Shown here one piece after another: positions 19,539-34,571 of a DNA stretch of 64,000 nucleotides. Below the pieces are notes generated by a model. It was not told the origin of the DNA. It saw only the letters and a program-made list of their open reading frames with translations, and searched no databases. How positions within the stretch are numbered: position 1 is the first letter of the stretch; each line of letters begins with the position of its first letter. Source of the stretch: Angustibacter luteus (GTDB lineage: Bacteria > Actinomycetota > Actinomycetes > Actinomycetales > Angustibacteraceae); assembly GCF_039541115.1 (NCBI RefSeq), contig NZ_BAABFP010000002.1, forward strand, positions 186,001 through 250,000, in the 5' to 3' direction. A program made the position numbers and the translations under genes.

Positions 19539-21053
19539 TCAGCGATCGACGAGCAACGACTGGCCGTACCGCGCGCCGTACACCCGGCCCGCCGTGTCGC
19601 CGTAGCTGGTCGCGGAGGTGCCGACGTTGACAGGGGTGAGCACGGTGATGCCGCCGGCGTGAGCGGCTGACCCGACGCCCTCCCCCGGCACCCCGACCAC
19701 GAGGCGGGTCGGACCGGGATCGTCCTCGGCACCCGAGTCCTGAGTAGCCAGGGAGGCTCCGACCAGGTCGCCGGTCTCGGCGGCGCCGCCCAGCCCACCG
19801 GAACCCTGGACGTACACCCGCTCACACGTGCTCCGACCCGGGGCGCGGTCCTGCACCACGGTGACACTGCCCGCGTCGCGCGTCGAGCCGACGTCCTCGC
19901 CCGGGGAACCAACCGCGACCGTCTCCCCCGAGCACCAACCCCCGTACAGGGCAGCGAGGGATGCCCCGAACTGGTCCCCGGCCTCCACCGTCCCCGGGAT
20001 GCCCGCGCTGTCCTGCGTGATGGTGGTGACCAGCCGGGACGGGTTGTCGATCGAGATGTCAGCGAACGCCTGGACCATGCCCGCCGCGGCCGCGCGGCCC
20101 ACCGCCTCTCCAGGGCTACCCACGACGAAGGCGCTGCCCGTCCAGGTCAGCGCCGCACCGAAACGGTCACCCGACTCCGCGAGACCGGGCGTGTGCTCGT
20201 AGCCCTGGGCCAACTGGTGGGCCGCCTCGATCCGCGCCGTACCGGGCGACACCTGCAGCAGGGTCACCACACCCGCGCTCCTGGCTGCGCCCGTGGCCTC
20301 GTCCGGTGCTCCGACCGCCAGCCCGTTCACACCGTTCACGGCCAACGTCGCACCGAAGTGGTCCCCCACCTCGGCCACGCCCGGGACGCCGGCCGTGTCC
20401 TGCGTGATCGAGCCGAGGTAGCTCGCGGCACCGCCCCCCGGCACCAGGTAGTGGTCGACGGCGCCAGCGCCGGCCTTGCCGGACACCGTCCGGTCAGGAG
20501 CACCGACGAACAGGTCCATCCCGAGGTCCGAGCGCGTTGCCGCGAGAGCAGAGCCGAACCGCTCCCCCGCGGATCGACCGACGAGTCGCTGGGCGCTCGC
20601 TGCCTGAAGTCCGTTGGCACCGCCCTCGGCCAGCACCACCGCACCACGGCCCCCGCCGGAACCGGGCGCCGCGATCGCCAGGTCGGCGCAGAAGTCCTGG
20701 TCCATCCAGATCCGGGCCACGTGGGCACCGAACTCGTCACCGCGGACGGCCGGCATCCCGGCGAACGACGCCGGGCCGACGCGTTGGGTCCCGGCGTGCG
20801 AGAGCCGCAGGTCCACGGCGCCCGCGCTGATCCCGTCGACGACGCCGCTCGGTACACCCACCACGACGTCGGGCACGACGTCGCCGTCGACGTCGGGAGT
20901 CCCGTACCGGTGGGCGTCCTGCGAGCAGGAGCTCTGCAGGGCCGCCTGCGCGGGGACCGCCGACGCCAGGACGGCAGACGGCAGCACGGCGGCCAGGACC
21001 GCCAGGAGGAGAGTCGCGTTGAACTGCTTGTACGCCAGGTGCCCGAGCTGCAT
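19539..21053 (-). CDS. Secreted FG-GAP (integrin-alpha-like) repeat protein
   Basis: Signal peptide ending AQA; repeated E.GD.FGA.L...VG.PGE units. Confidence 0.85.
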   Translation of the reverse strand: MQLGHLAYKQFNATLLLAVLAAVLPSAVLASAVPAQAALQSSCSQDAHRYGTPDVDGDVVPDVVVGVPSGVVDGISAGAVDLRLSHAGTQRVGPASFAGMPAVRGDEFGAHVARIWMDQDFCADLAIAAPGSGGGRGAVVLAEGGANGLQAASAQRLVGRSAGERFGSALAATRSDLGMDLFVGAPDRTVSGKAGAGAVDHYLVPGGGAASYLGSITQDTAGVPGVAEVGDHFGATLAVNGVNGLAVGAPDEATGAARSAGVVTLLQVSPGTARIEAAHQLAQGYEHTPGLAESGDRFGAALTWTGSAFVVGSPGEAVGRAAAAGMVQAFADISIDNPSRLVTTITQDSAGIPGTVEAGDQFGASLAALYGGWCSGETVAVGSPGEDVGSTRDAGSVTVVQDRAPGRSTCERVYVQGSGGLGGAAETGDLVGASLATQDSGAEDDPGPTRLVVGVPGEGVGSAAHAGGITVLTPVNVGTSATSYGDTAGRVYGARYGQSLLVDR

Positions 21054-21062
21054 CTGACGAAC

Positions 21063-23366
21063 CTAGGCCGTCGCGATGGTCTCGCGGGCCTGGATCGCGG
21101 TGATGGCGTCGGGCAGCTGGTCCAGCGGGACCGCCGCGCTGTAGAGCCAGCCCTGGCCCAGGCACTGTCCGAAGCCCCGCACGATGTCGTGCATCTCCTG
21201 GGTCTCGATGCCCTCGGCGACGACCTGCATGGGCAGCGAGCGCCCGAGCTCGACGACGGCGCGGAGCACGGACAGCGACCGCGGGTCCTCGGCGATCGAC
21301 CGGGTGAGCACCTGGTCGACCTTCAGGATGGACGCCGGCAGCCGGCTCAGGTAGTTCAGCGACGAGTAGCCGCTGCCGAAGTCGTCGATCGCGACCTCGA
21401 TGCCCCGTCGCCGCAGGCGCTGCAGGTTGCGCAGGCCCACACCGTCGTCCGAGACGAACAGCGACTCGGTCACCTCGATGACCAGCCGCTGCGGCGCCAG
21501 GCCGTGCCGGGCGACGAGCACCGCGACGTGGTCGGCAAACGCGGCCGCCCGCAGCTGGATCGGCGAGACGTTCACCGCGACCCGCAGGTCCGGGTACTGC
21601 TCGGACAGGCCCCGCACGTCTCCGACCGCGCGGTTCAGCACGTAGGAACCGAGCTCGCCGATCAGCGCCGACCGCTCGGCGACCGCGATGAACTCGTCAG
21701 GTCCGACCCGGCCGAGCACGGGGTCCGTCCAACGGGCCAGCGCCTCGACGCTGACGACCCGACCGGTGTCCAGCGCGAGGATGGGCTGGTAGTGCACGTC
21801 GAGATCACCCTTGGCCAGGGCGATGCGCAGGCGGCGCTCGACGTCCAGGCCGCGCCGGTGGCGGGCGGCCACCGGGCCGTCGTAGCTCTCGACGCGGTCC
21901 CGACCGGACTCCTTCGCGGCGTGCAGCGCGACCCCGGACTCCAGGATCGCCAGCGCCGCCCGCTCTGCCGGGTCGCGGGGCCGCACCGCGTCGTGCGCCG
22001 ACTCGTCGTCGTCCTGCGACCAGCGGGCCACCCCGACGCTCGCGGACACCCCGGCGACGTCGGCCTCGGGCAGCGACTCGGTCGCCCGGCGGACCCCGGC
22101 CAGCAGCGCCTCGGCGACGGCCGTGCTGCATTCCTGCTCGCCGGGCACCAGGACGACGAACTCGTCGCCGCCGACCCGGTACGCCTCGGCGTTGCCGGGC
22201 ATGGCGTCGCGGATACGTTCGGCGACCGCGACCAGCAGCTGGTCACCGAGGCCGTGGCCGAGCAGGTCGTTGACCTCCTTGAAGCCGTCCAGGTCCAGGG
22301 TCAGGACGGCGCCGGCCGGCTCCGCGGCGAGGCGGGCCAGACCGGCCTGCATGGCGCGACGGTTGCCGAGGCCGGTGAGCGGGTCGTGCATGGCCTGGTC
22401 CGTCAGCACACCGAGCAGCCGACCCCGCTGGATCCCGCCGTACAGCTCACGCAGGGCGTACGCGGCGACCACCAGGATCGACAGGGAGACGGTCACCGGG
22501 TCGATGGTGGGCCGGATGGCGATGTGCACCAGGGCACCGACCAGGGCGGTGAAGCCGACGAGCGTGGTCGCGACCGCGACCCGGGTCTCCGAGCTGCGGC
22601 CGTCGTCGTCGCTCATCGCCGGACGGAACGTGATGAAGCCCTCGCCGATGAGTGGCCAGGCCAGGCACCACAGTGCCGCGGCGACCACGGGCCACGCGTG
22701 ACCCTGCACGGCCTGGAGCATGGTGAACTGGTCCGCCGCGACGTAGAGCACGAAGCCGACGAGGACCAGACCGAGCCCGAGGTCCAGGTCGCGCAGCCAG
22801 CCGAGGAGCAGCAGGGCGCACAGGTAGGCCTCGACCAGCACGGTCACCAGGCCGATGTACGCGTCGACGCCGAAGCCGTCGGTGGCCAGCACCGGGTAGA
22901 GGGTCACCCGCCAGAGCAGCATCGCTGTCGCGCTGCTGAGCAGCAGGGCGTCGGCGAGCATCCTCAGCCAGTGCGTGCGCAGGGACGTGGGTCGCATCGC
23001 GAGCACCAGGCCGCTGACGGCGAGGGGCGCAGCGACCAGGGAGAGCTTGTCGCCGGCCGTCGGGTAGTGCGGCGTTCCGGTCGACGAGGCGTAGCCGATC
23101 AGGAACTGGCCGGCCGCCCAGACCATCATGGCGGCGCCGATCAGCACCGCGGCCAGGCGCAGCAGGCGGTTTCCCCGACCCGCCTTCAGGCAGACGACGG
23201 CGCCGACCACGGCGGCGACGACCCCCGAGAAGACCGCCCCGAGCGTGACGACCACCCCGCGGTCGACGGGGGTCAGGGCCAGCCCGAGGAGCAGCAGGGC
23301 GAAGGCGAGTCCGGACCCGAGCATGACGGCACGGCGAAGCCGCACCCTCATCCCCTGCTTGCTCAC
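21063..23366 (-). CDS. Membrane GGDEF-EAL protein
   Basis: Multi-TM N-terminus; DPLTGLGNR, RVGGDEF, EALARW, DDFGSGYSS. Confidence 0.92.
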   Translation of the reverse strand: MSKQGMRVRLRRAVMLGSGLAFALLLLGLALTPVDRGVVVTLGAVFSGVVAAVVGAVVCLKAGRGNRLLRLAAVLIGAAMMVWAAGQFLIGYASSTGTPHYPTAGDKLSLVAAPLAVSGLVLAMRPTSLRTHWLRMLADALLLSSATAMLLWRVTLYPVLATDGFGVDAYIGLVTVLVEAYLCALLLLGWLRDLDLGLGLVLVGFVLYVAADQFTMLQAVQGHAWPVVAAALWCLAWPLIGEGFITFRPAMSDDDGRSSETRVAVATTLVGFTALVGALVHIAIRPTIDPVTVSLSILVVAAYALRELYGGIQRGRLLGVLTDQAMHDPLTGLGNRRAMQAGLARLAAEPAGAVLTLDLDGFKEVNDLLGHGLGDQLLVAVAERIRDAMPGNAEAYRVGGDEFVVLVPGEQECSTAVAEALLAGVRRATESLPEADVAGVSASVGVARWSQDDDESAHDAVRPRDPAERAALAILESGVALHAAKESGRDRVESYDGPVAARHRRGLDVERRLRIALAKGDLDVHYQPILALDTGRVVSVEALARWTDPVLGRVGPDEFIAVAERSALIGELGSYVLNRAVGDVRGLSEQYPDLRVAVNVSPIQLRAAAFADHVAVLVARHGLAPQRLVIEVTESLFVSDDGVGLRNLQRLRRRGIEVAIDDFGSGYSSLNYLSRLPASILKVDQVLTRSIAEDPRSLSVLRAVVELGRSLPMQVVAEGIETQEMHDIVRGFGQCLGQGWLYSAAVPLDQLPDAITAIQARETIATA

Positions 23367-23465
23367 CCTCTTGCTATCGGCCTGTCGGGCCCTGATCTGA
23401 ATCGGAGATCGGCCCGGTCTCGATCTCGGGCCCGGGTCGGCCGGGCCGCTCGGGCGGTCGGCCGG

Positions 23466-25004
23466 TCAGCTGAGCCGTTCCAGGACGAGCTCGCGGACGC
23501 GCCCGGCATCCGCCTGGCCGCGCATCTCCTTCATCACGGCGCCGATCAGCGCGCCGGCGGCGGCCACCTTGCCGTCCCGGATCTTCTGCGCGACGTCCGG
23601 GTTGGCCTCGATCGCGCGGTCGACGGCGGCACCCAGCGCCCCGTCGTCCGAGACGACCTCGAGGCCGCGAGCACTCACCACCTGCTCGGGCGACCCCTCG
23701 CCGGCGAGCACGCCCTCGAGCACCTGACGGGCGATCGTGTCGTTGATCCGCCCCGCCTCGACGAGCGCGGCCAGCTCGGCGACGTCCGCCGGGGTGACCG
23801 GCAGGGCCCCGAGCTCGACGCCGTCGGCGTTCGCCCGCCGGGCCAGCTCGCCGGACCACCACTTGCGGGCCGCGGACGGCGCCGCCCCCTCGGCCACGGT
23901 GGCCTCGACCAGCTCGGTGGCCGACGCGTTCACCAGGTCGCGCATCTCCAGGTCGGTGAAGCCCCAGTCCTGCTGCAGCCGCTTGCGGCGCTCGGCCGGC
24001 GGCTCGGGCAGCGTGCCACGCAGCCGCTCGACCCAGTCGGCGTCCGGCGCGACCGGCACCAGGTCGGGCTCGGGGAAGTACCGGTAGTCCTCGGCGTCGG
24101 ACTTCTCCCGCCCGGACGTGGTGACGCCGTCGTTCTCCTGCCAGTGGCGCGTCTCCTGGACGATCCGCTCACCGGCGAGCAACCGGGCACCCTGCCGGGT
24201 GATCTCGTACCGGACGGCGCGCTCGACGCTGCGCAGCGAGTTCACGTTCTTGGTCTCGGTGCGGGTGCCCAGTGGCACGGAGTCCTGGGCGGAGGGGTCC
24301 TGCGCCTTGGGCCGCAGGGAGACGTTCGCGTCGCAGCGCAGCGAGCCCTGCTCCATCCGGACGTCGCTGACGTCCAGGGCCCGCAGCAGGTCGCGCAGGG
24401 CCGCCACGTAGGCGCGGGCGACCTCGGGCGCGCGCTCCCCCGTACCCGCCAGCGGCTTGGTGACGATCTCGATGAGCGGGATACCCGCCCGGTTGTAGTC
24501 GACCAGGGAGTAGTCCGCGCCGTGGATGCGCCCGGTGGAGCCGCCGACGTGCAGCGACTTGCCGGTGTCCTCCTCCATGTGGGCGCGCTCGATCTGCACG
24601 CGGTAGGTGGAGCCGTCGTCCAGCTCGACGTCGAGGTAGCCGTTGGTGGCGATCGGCTCGTCGTACTGCGAGGTCTGGAAGTTCTTCGGCATGTCCGGGT
24701 AGAAGTAGTTCTTCCGGGCGAACCGGCCCCACGGGGTGATGTCGCAGTGCAGCGCCAGACCGATCCGGATCGCCGACTCCACCGCGGACGCGTTCACCAC
24801 CGGGAGGGCGCCGGGAAGGCCGAGGCACACCGGACAGACCTGGGTGTTCGGCTCGGCTCCGAACGCGGTGCCGCACCCGCAGAACATCTTCGTGCGGGTG
24901 GACAGCTCCACGTGCACCTCGAGACCCAGCACGGGGTCGAACTGCTCGAGCACCTCGTCGTAGTCCAGGACGTCCTCGACCCGGGCGTTCGCGTGAGTGG
25001 TCAT
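23466..25004 (-). CDS. gatB: Asp/Glu-tRNA amidotransferase subunit B
   Basis: [33 protein letters not shown]. Confidence 0.98.
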   Translation of the reverse strand: MTTHANARVEDVLDYDEVLEQFDPVLGLEVHVELSTRTKMFCGCGTAFGAEPNTQVCPVCLGLPGALPVVNASAVESAIRIGLALHCDITPWGRFARKNYFYPDMPKNFQTSQYDEPIATNGYLDVELDDGSTYRVQIERAHMEEDTGKSLHVGGSTGRIHGADYSLVDYNRAGIPLIEIVTKPLAGTGERAPEVARAYVAALRDLLRALDVSDVRMEQGSLRCDANVSLRPKAQDPSAQDSVPLGTRTETKNVNSLRSVERAVRYEITRQGARLLAGERIVQETRHWQENDGVTTSGREKSDAEDYRYFPEPDLVPVAPDADWVERLRGTLPEPPAERRKRLQQDWGFTDLEMRDLVNASATELVEATVAEGAAPSAARKWWSGELARRANADGVELGALPVTPADVAELAALVEAGRINDTIARQVLEGVLAGEGSPEQVVSARGLEVVSDDGALGAAVDRAIEANPDVAQKIRDGKVAAAGALIGAVMKEMRGQADAGRVRELVLERLS

Positions 25005-26524
25005 GCCAGCACCTCCAGCTCGGGGGCCTGGGCGAGCAGGGGGCCGCCCCAGCGCTCGGTGAGCAGCGCCTCCAACGCGGCGCCCACGCCGTACAGCCGC
25101 TCGTCCTTGGTCGCCGGGGCGAGCAGCTGGACGCCGACGGGCAGGCCGTTCTCGGGCGCCAGCCCCACCGGCAGCGACATGCCGGGCACCCCCGCCAGGT
25201 TCGCCGGGATGGTCGCCACGTCGTTCAGGTACATCGCCAGCGGGTCGTCGAGCTTCTCGCCGAGCTTGAACGCCGTGGTGGGCGCGGTCGGCGAGATGAG
25301 CACGTCGGCCTGCTGGAACGCGGCCTCGAAGTCGCGCGCGATCAGCGTGCGCACCTTCTGCGCCTGGCCGTAGTAGGCGTCGTAGTAGCCGCTGGACAGG
25401 GCATAGGTGCCCAGGATGATGCGGCGCTTGGCCTCGTCGCCGAAGCCGGCATCGCGAGTGGCCGCCATGACCTGCTCGGCCGTGGGCGCGTCCACGCCCT
25501 CGGGCAGCACCCGCAGGCCGTACCGCATGGCGTCGAACTTGGCGAGGTTGCTGCTCGCCTCGCTCGGCAGGATCAGGTAGTACGCGGCGAGCGCGTACTC
25601 GAAGTGCGGGCAGGAGACCTCGACGACCTCGGCGCCCGCGTCGGTGAGCAGGGCCACCGCCTCGTCGAACCGCTGGCGGACGCCGGCCTGGTAGCCCTCG
25701 CCACCCAGCTCACGGATCACGCCGACCTTGACGCCCTTGACGTCAGCTCGACGGGCCCACTCGACGGCGGACGGCGCCGGCGCGTCGATGCTGGTGGAGT
25801 CGCGCGGGTCGTGCCCGCCGATCACCTCGTGCAGCAGTGCGGCGTCCAGCACCGTACGGGTGCACGGGCCGGCCTGGTCCAGGCTGCTCGCCAGCGCGAT
25901 CAACCCGTAGCGGGACACCCCGCCGTACGTCGGCTTGACCCCGACGGTGCCGGTCACGGCGGCCGGCTGGCGGATCGAGCCGCCCGTGTCGGTGCCGATC
26001 GCGAGCGGCGCCTCGAACGCGGCCACCGCGGCGGCCGAGCCACCGCCCGATCCACCGGGGATGCGGCTGAGGTCCCACGGGTTGTGCGTCGGGCCGAACG
26101 CGGAGTGCTCGGTGGAGCTACCCATCGCGAACTCGTCCATGTTGGTCTTGCCGAGGACGACCAGTCCGGCGGCCTTCAGCCGCTCGACGAGGGTCGCGTC
26201 GTACGGCGGGACCCAGCCCTCGAGCAGCCGGGAGCCGGCCGTCGTGGGCAGACCTCGGGTGGCGACGACGTCCTTGACCGCGACCGGGACGCCGGCCAGC
26301 GGGTGCAGCTGGTCCCCCGCCGCGCGGCGCTCGTCGACCCCACGGGCGAAGGCCAGCGCCTCGTCGTGCGCGACGTGCAGGAACGCGTGCACCGCGCCGT
26401 CCACGCCGTCGATCCGCTCCAGGTGCGCCCTCGTCACCTCGACCGCGCTGACCTCGCCGGCGCCCAGCGCCTGCGCCAGCTCGCTCGCGGTGCGCCGGGT
26501 CAGGTCGCCGTCCACGCCCGCCAT
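25001..26524 (-). CDS. gatA: Asp/Glu-tRNA amidotransferase subunit A
   Basis: [34 protein letters not shown]. Confidence 0.98.
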   Translation of the reverse strand: MAGVDGDLTRRTASELAQALGAGEVSAVEVTRAHLERIDGVDGAVHAFLHVAHDEALAFARGVDERRAAGDQLHPLAGVPVAVKDVVATRGLPTTAGSRLLEGWVPPYDATLVERLKAAGLVVLGKTNMDEFAMGSSTEHSAFGPTHNPWDLSRIPGGSGGGSAAAVAAFEAPLAIGTDTGGSIRQPAAVTGTVGVKPTYGGVSRYGLIALASSLDQAGPCTRTVLDAALLHEVIGGHDPRDSTSIDAPAPSAVEWARRADVKGVKVGVIRELGGEGYQAGVRQRFDEAVALLTDAGAEVVEVSCPHFEYALAAYYLILPSEASSNLAKFDAMRYGLRVLPEGVDAPTAEQVMAATRDAGFGDEAKRRIILGTYALSSGYYDAYYGQAQKVRTLIARDFEAAFQQADVLISPTAPTTAFKLGEKLDDPLAMYLNDVATIPANLAGVPGMSLPVGLAPENGLPVGVQLLAPATKDERLYGVGAALEALLTERWGGPLLAQAPELEVLA

Positions 26525-26823
26525 CAGTCCTCCTCCAGGATCCGCGGGACCCGGAACCGGCCCAGCTCGCTGTCCGGCGCGCCGGACAGCGCGTCCTGCG
26601 GCGTCAGGCTCGGCACGGGCTCGTCCGGCCGGGTCACGTTGGTCAGCGGCAGCGGGTGCGACATCGGCGGGACGTCGTCCGCGGCGACCTCGCCGACCCG
26701 GGCGACCGAGTCCAGGATCACGCCGAGCTCACCGACCAAGCGGTCGAGCTCGACGTCCGTGGCCTCGATGCGGGCCAGCCTGGCCAGGTGCGCGACGTCC
26801 TCGCGGGACAGTGGTTCGGACAT
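26524..26823 (-). CDS. gatC: Asp/Glu-tRNA amidotransferase subunit C
   Basis: [10 protein letters not shown]...FRVPRIL; first gene of gatCAB. Confidence 0.96.
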   Translation of the reverse strand: MSEPLSREDVAHLARLARIEATDVELDRLVGELGVILDSVARVGEVAADDVPPMSHPLPLTNVTRPDEPVPSLTPQDALSGAPDSELGRFRVPRILEED

Positions 26824-26833
26824 GGCCGCCAGT

Positions 26834-28951
26834 CTAGGGGTGGCCGACCGGGACCCTTCCCAGCAGCCGCTCGGACAACCACTCGGTGGCCCGCCCGCTC
26901 GGCATGGGGCGCGCCAGGTGCCAGCCCTGGGCGGTGTCGCAGTTCATGTCCTTGATGGCCTGCCACGCCACGGCGGTCTCGATGCCCTCGGCGACGACGT
27001 GCATGCCCAGGCCGTGCGCGAGCCGGGTGGTGGCCCGGACGACGACGGCGTCCTCCTCGACCACGGCGGCGCGGCTGACGAAGCTGCGGTCGATCTTGAT
27101 CTCGGCGAGCGGCAGCTCGCGCAGCAGCCGCAGCGACGACCAGCCGGTGCCGAAGTCGTCCAGTGAGAGGCGGACCCCGAGGTCGCACAGCGCCTGCAGC
27201 GTGATCCGGGCGCGGTCCATGTCGGCGGTCAGCACCCGCTCGGTGATCTCGAGGGTGAGCAGCTCGGGAGCCAGCCCGTGCCGCTCGAGCGTCCCGGCCA
27301 GCCGGGTCGGCATCGTCTGGTCGAGCAGGTCGCGGAACGAGACGTTGACCGCGACCGGCACCGTCATGCCCTGGTCCTGCCACTTCGCGACCTGGGTCAG
27401 GGCGAGGTCCAGCACGACGTCGGTCAGCCGGTGCATCAGACCGGACTGCTCGGCGACCGGGATGAACTCGTCCGGCGGCACCAGCCCGCGAGTCGGGTGG
27501 TTCCAGCGGACGAGCGCCTCGACGCCGGTCACGGTCTGGTCGGCCAGGCTCGCCTTGGGCTGGTAGTGCAGCTCGATCTCGCCCTGCTCGATGGCGTTGC
27601 GCAGGCCGCTGATGAGGCCGATCCGGGACGTCGAGTTCACGTCGCGCGCGGAGTCGTAGACCTCGACCCCGGTGCGGTCGGCCTTGGCCAGGTACATGGC
27701 GACGTCGGCGCGGGAGAACAGCACCTCGTACTCGGTCGCGTGGTCGGGCACCAGGGCGACCCCGATGCTGCCCTCGAGGTCGATGAGCTGTCCGTCGATG
27801 ACCAGCTCGGCGTCCAGCGCCGCCCGGACCCGCTCCGCGATGGTGACGGCTGCCTCGGCGTCCCGGACCCGGCGGGCCAGCACGGCGAACTCGTCGCCGC
27901 CGAGCCGGGCCACGAGGTCGTCCGGGCGCAGGGCGCCCTCGAGACGGCGGGCCACCCGGCGCAGCACCTCGTCGCCCACGGGGTGCCCGAGGACGTCGTT
28001 GACCTCCTTGAACCGGTCCAGGTCCAGCAGGAACAGGGCGCAGGGCTCACCGGTGCGCAGCGCGTCGTTGATCGCCTCGGTGGCCTGCTCGATGAGCCGC
28101 TTGCGGTTCGCCAGGCCGGTCAAGTCGTCGTGCTGGGCCTGGTGCTCGCTGCGGACCGACGCGGCCGCGCTCTTGTGGATCGCGTACATCGGGACGACGG
28201 TCAGCGCCACGAACGCCGGGGCGTACTCCATCAGCACGGCGACCAGCGGGGCCAGCCCGAACTGGGCCGCCGACACCGTCGCCTGGAAGCGCAGGTCGGA
28301 CCGGAACTGCGTCCAGGGTGAGATCCCCGCCATCAGGCCGATCGCGGTGGCGACCAGGAAGTCGTTGACCACGAAGCTCGCGGCACCCACCACGACGATC
28401 AGCAGCAGGTCGCTCAGCGTCGAGGGGGTCCAGGTGTCGCTGAGCGTGGGCCGGATCCCGGCGGCCGCCAGCACGAGCCAACCCGCGCCCACGCTGAGCG
28501 CGTACTGGGCGACGTTGAACAGGTTGCGGATCATCGCCTTGCGCGCGACCAGGCCGGCCAGCAGCGTGGCGATCGTGTGCAGGATCACGGCAGGCACCAG
28601 GCCGAAGTGCAGCAGCACCGGGAACACGAACGTGGTCGACAGCGTGACCCCGAGCGGGTCGGCCATCGACGAGCCCATCACGGGGCGGATCTCGCCGAGC
28701 ACGATCAGCACGAGGCAGGTGGCCAGGGCCAGCACCTGGCCCGAGTCCATCGCAGTGATGTCGTCGAGGCTGACGGTGCTGACCGAGAAGACCACGAGGC
28801 CGAGGCCCGCCGCGATCACGCTCCCCAGGAACGCGGCGAGCAGGCGTGGCCGGGGTGCTGAACGCACGTGGTTCCGGGCCTCGTCGGCACCACTCACGTA
28901 CGGCCTCGCTCCCTGGGTGTGCGCCGCGGACGGGCGGCGCGCAGACGTCAC
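26834..28951 (-). CDS. Membrane GGDEF-EAL protein (position between ligA and gatC matches Streptomyces rmdB)
   Basis: About 6 TMs; RPDD I-site before [22 protein letters not shown]. The orthology is inferred from recalled synteny. Confidence 0.9.
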   Translation of the reverse strand: MTSARRPSAAHTQGARPYVSGADEARNHVRSAPRPRLLAAFLGSVIAAGLGLVVFSVSTVSLDDITAMDSGQVLALATCLVLIVLGEIRPVMGSSMADPLGVTLSTTFVFPVLLHFGLVPAVILHTIATLLAGLVARKAMIRNLFNVAQYALSVGAGWLVLAAAGIRPTLSDTWTPSTLSDLLLIVVVGAASFVVNDFLVATAIGLMAGISPWTQFRSDLRFQATVSAAQFGLAPLVAVLMEYAPAFVALTVVPMYAIHKSAAASVRSEHQAQHDDLTGLANRKRLIEQATEAINDALRTGEPCALFLLDLDRFKEVNDVLGHPVGDEVLRRVARRLEGALRPDDLVARLGGDEFAVLARRVRDAEAAVTIAERVRAALDAELVIDGQLIDLEGSIGVALVPDHATEYEVLFSRADVAMYLAKADRTGVEVYDSARDVNSTSRIGLISGLRNAIEQGEIELHYQPKASLADQTVTGVEALVRWNHPTRGLVPPDEFIPVAEQSGLMHRLTDVVLDLALTQVAKWQDQGMTVPVAVNVSFRDLLDQTMPTRLAGTLERHGLAPELLTLEITERVLTADMDRARITLQALCDLGVRLSLDDFGTGWSSLRLLRELPLAEIKIDRSFVSRAAVVEEDAVVVRATTRLAHGLGMHVVAEGIETAVAWQAIKDMNCDTAQGWHLARPMPSGRATEWLSERLLGRVPVGHP

Positions 28952-29050
28952 GTCCCTAGCGTGATCGGCACAACAGGAGCGTTCTTGAATGTTTGTTCTG
29001 TTCGGCGGTTCGGCGGTTCGGCGCGGCCCGGCCTCGTGGTGCGGCCCGAC

Positions 29051-32179
<3,129 letters not shown>

Positions 32180-32183
<4 letters not shown>

Positions 32184-33256
32184 CGGGAGGTGGCCGTGAT
32201 CGTGGCCGAGCCGAGCACCCGGGTGCCGCGGTAGAGGACGACGGCCTGGCCGGCCGCAACGCCGCGGATCGGCTGGCGCAGCTCGACCCGGACCGCACCG
32301 TCTGCGGCCGCCTCGGCGACCGCGGGGACGGCGTCCCCGTGCGCCCGCACCTGGGCGCTCACCTCGACCGGGCCGACCGGCGCGGGCCCGCACCAGCGTG
32401 GGCGCTCACCCAGCACGACGCGGACGTCGAGCGCCTCGGCCGGGCCGACGACGACGGTGTTGGTGACGGGCTGGATGTCCAGGACGTAGCGGGGGCGGCC
32501 GTCGGGCGCGGGGTGGCCGATCGAGAGCCCCTTGCGCTGCCCGACCGTGAAGCCGTACGCGCCCTGGTGCTCGCCGAGCACCTCGCCGGCCTCGTCGGTG
32601 ATCCGGCCCGGCTGTGCGCCGAGCCGCTGCTCGAGCCAGCCGCGGGTGTCGCCGTCCGCGATGAAGCAGATGTCGTGGCTGTCGGGCTTGTCGGCGACGG
32701 CCAGGCCACGGCTCGCAGCCTCGGCGCGCACGTCGTGCTTGTCGGTGTCCCCCAACGGGAACAGCGCGCGGGAGAGCTGGGCGGCGGTCAGCACGCCCAG
32801 CACGTAGGACTGGTCCTTGCCGTGGTCGACCGCGCGGTGCAGCTCGCGGCCGTCGTCGCCGTCGCGGACCTGCGCGTAGTGCCCGGTGCAGAGCGCGTCG
32901 AAGCCGAGCGCCACGGCCTTGTCGAGCAGGGCCGAGAACTTGATCTTCTCGTTGCAGCGCAGGCACGGGTTGGGCGTGCGGCCGGCCTCGTACTCGGCCA
33001 CGAAGTCGTCCACCACTGACTCGGTGAACTGCTCGGACAGGTCCCAGACGTAGAACGGGATGCCGAGGACGTCGGCCGCGCGCCGGGCGTCGTGGGCGTC
33101 CTCGGCGGTGCAGCAACCGCGCGCCCCGGTCCGCAGCGTGGCCGGGTTGCGGGACAGGGCCAGGTGCACGCCGACGACGTCGTGCCCGGCGTCCACGGCG
33201 CGGGCGGCCGCGACCGCGGAGTCGACGCCGCCGCTCATCGCGGCCAGGACCTTCAT
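32180..33256 (-). CDS. mnmA: tRNA 2-thiouridylase
   Basis: [34 protein letters not shown]. Confidence 0.97.
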
Positions 33257-34452
33257 CAGCGCGCCGCCACCGAGGCAGCCGCGACGGCACCCGCGCCGCG
33301 AGCCCGGTCCACCGCCGCGGGCAGGGCCTCGACGACGGCGGCCACGTCGGCCTCCGTGGAGGTGTGCCCGAGCGAGAGGCGCAGCGCGGAACGGACCTCG
33401 GCGTCCGGCACACCCATGGCGACGAGCACGTGGCTGGGCTGCGGTACGCCGGCCTGGCAGGCCGAGCCGGTCGAGCACTCGACGCCCTGGGCGTCCAGCA
33501 GGTAGAGCAGCGAGTCGCCGTCGCAGCCGAGGAACGACAGGTTCACCAGGCCGGGCAGGCGGCCCGCCGGGTCCGGGTCGCCGTGCACGACGACGTCCGG
33601 GACGTGCCCGCGGATCCCGGCGACCAGCGCCTCGCGCAGCGCGGTCAGCCGCACCCGGGTGCCGGCCAGTCGCTCGACGGCGAGCGCGGCGGCAACCGCG
33701 AAGGACCGGATCGCGGGTTCGTCGAGGGTGCCGCTGCGCACCTGGCGCTCCTGGCCGCCGCCGTGCACCAGCGGCGACAGCTCGGCACCGCGGACGGCGA
33801 CCAGCGCGCCGACGCCGACCGGGCCGCCGAGCTTGTGGCCGGTGATGCTCATCAGGTCCAGGCCGCTGCGCGCGAAGTCGACCGGCACCTTGCCGACCGC
33901 CTGCACGGCGTCGGAGTGCACCGGGATGCCGTGCCGGTGGGCGATCTCGACGATCTCGGCGATCGGCTGCAGGGTGCCGACCTCGTTGTTGGCCCACATG
34001 ACGCTGACCAGCGCGACGGACTGCGGGTCGGCCTCGATCAGCGAGCGCACGGCGTCCGGCTGCACCCGGCCCTTCGCGTCGACCGGCAGCAGCACGACCT
34101 CGGCGCCTTCGTCGTCCGCGAGCGCCTGGGCGGTGTCCAGCACCGCGTGGTGCTCGATGGCGCTGACCAGCACACGGCGCCGGCGCGGGTCAGCGGCGCG
34201 GCGGGCGCGGTAGGTGCCCTTGACCGCGAGGTTGTCGGCCTCGGTGCCACCGGAGGTGAAGACCACCTCGCTGGGGCTGGCGCCGACGGCCTGCGCGAGC
34301 TGCTCGCGGGACTCCTCGACGACGCGCCGGGCCCGCCGACCTGCGGTGTGCAGGGACGACGGGTTTCCGACCACGGACAGCTCGCCGACCATCGCCTCGA
34401 TGGCCTCGGGCAGCATCGGCGTGGTCGCCGCGTGGTCGAGGTAGACACTCAC
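33256..34452 (-). CDS. iscS: Cysteine desulfurase
   Basis: [32 protein letters not shown]. Confidence 0.94.
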   Translation of the reverse strand: MSVYLDHAATTPMLPEAIEAMVGELSVVGNPSSLHTAGRRARRVVEESREQLAQAVGASPSEVVFTSGGTEADNLAVKGTYRARRAADPRRRRVLVSAIEHHAVLDTAQALADDEGAEVVLLPVDAKGRVQPDAVRSLIEADPQSVALVSVMWANNEVGTLQPIAEIVEIAHRHGIPVHSDAVQAVGKVPVDFARSGLDLMSITGHKLGGPVGVGALVAVRGAELSPLVHGGGQERQVRSGTLDEPAIRSFAVAAALAVERLAGTRVRLTALREALVAGIRGHVPDVVVHGDPDPAGRLPGLVNLSFLGCDGDSLLYLLDAQGVECSTGSACQAGVPQPSHVLVAMGVPDAEVRSALRLSLGHTSTEADVAAVVEALPAAVDRARGAGAVAAASVAAR

Positions 34453-34477
34453 CGGGCCAGTCTAGGCGCCACCCCCA

Positions 34478-34559
34478 CCCCCCGTTTCCGCCGCTCAAGC
34501 CGGTTTCCGCCGCTCAGGCCGCTCCCCGGGTACGGAAAGCGGCCTGAGTGGCGGAAAGG
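34478..34559. repeat. REP-like inverted repeat, family A copy 2 (downstream of etfA)
   Basis: Tandem TTTCCGCCGCTCA units pairing with TGAGTGGCGGAAA; similar to 1042-1145. Confidence 0.75.
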
Positions 34560-34571
34560 TGCGGTGGCTCT

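Noticed and set aside
20193..25373. 1726-aa plus-strand ORF (and many similar long antisense or off-frame ORFs)
   Set aside because: Shadow ORFs of high-GC codon bias, opposite well-supported genes; no recognisable motifs.
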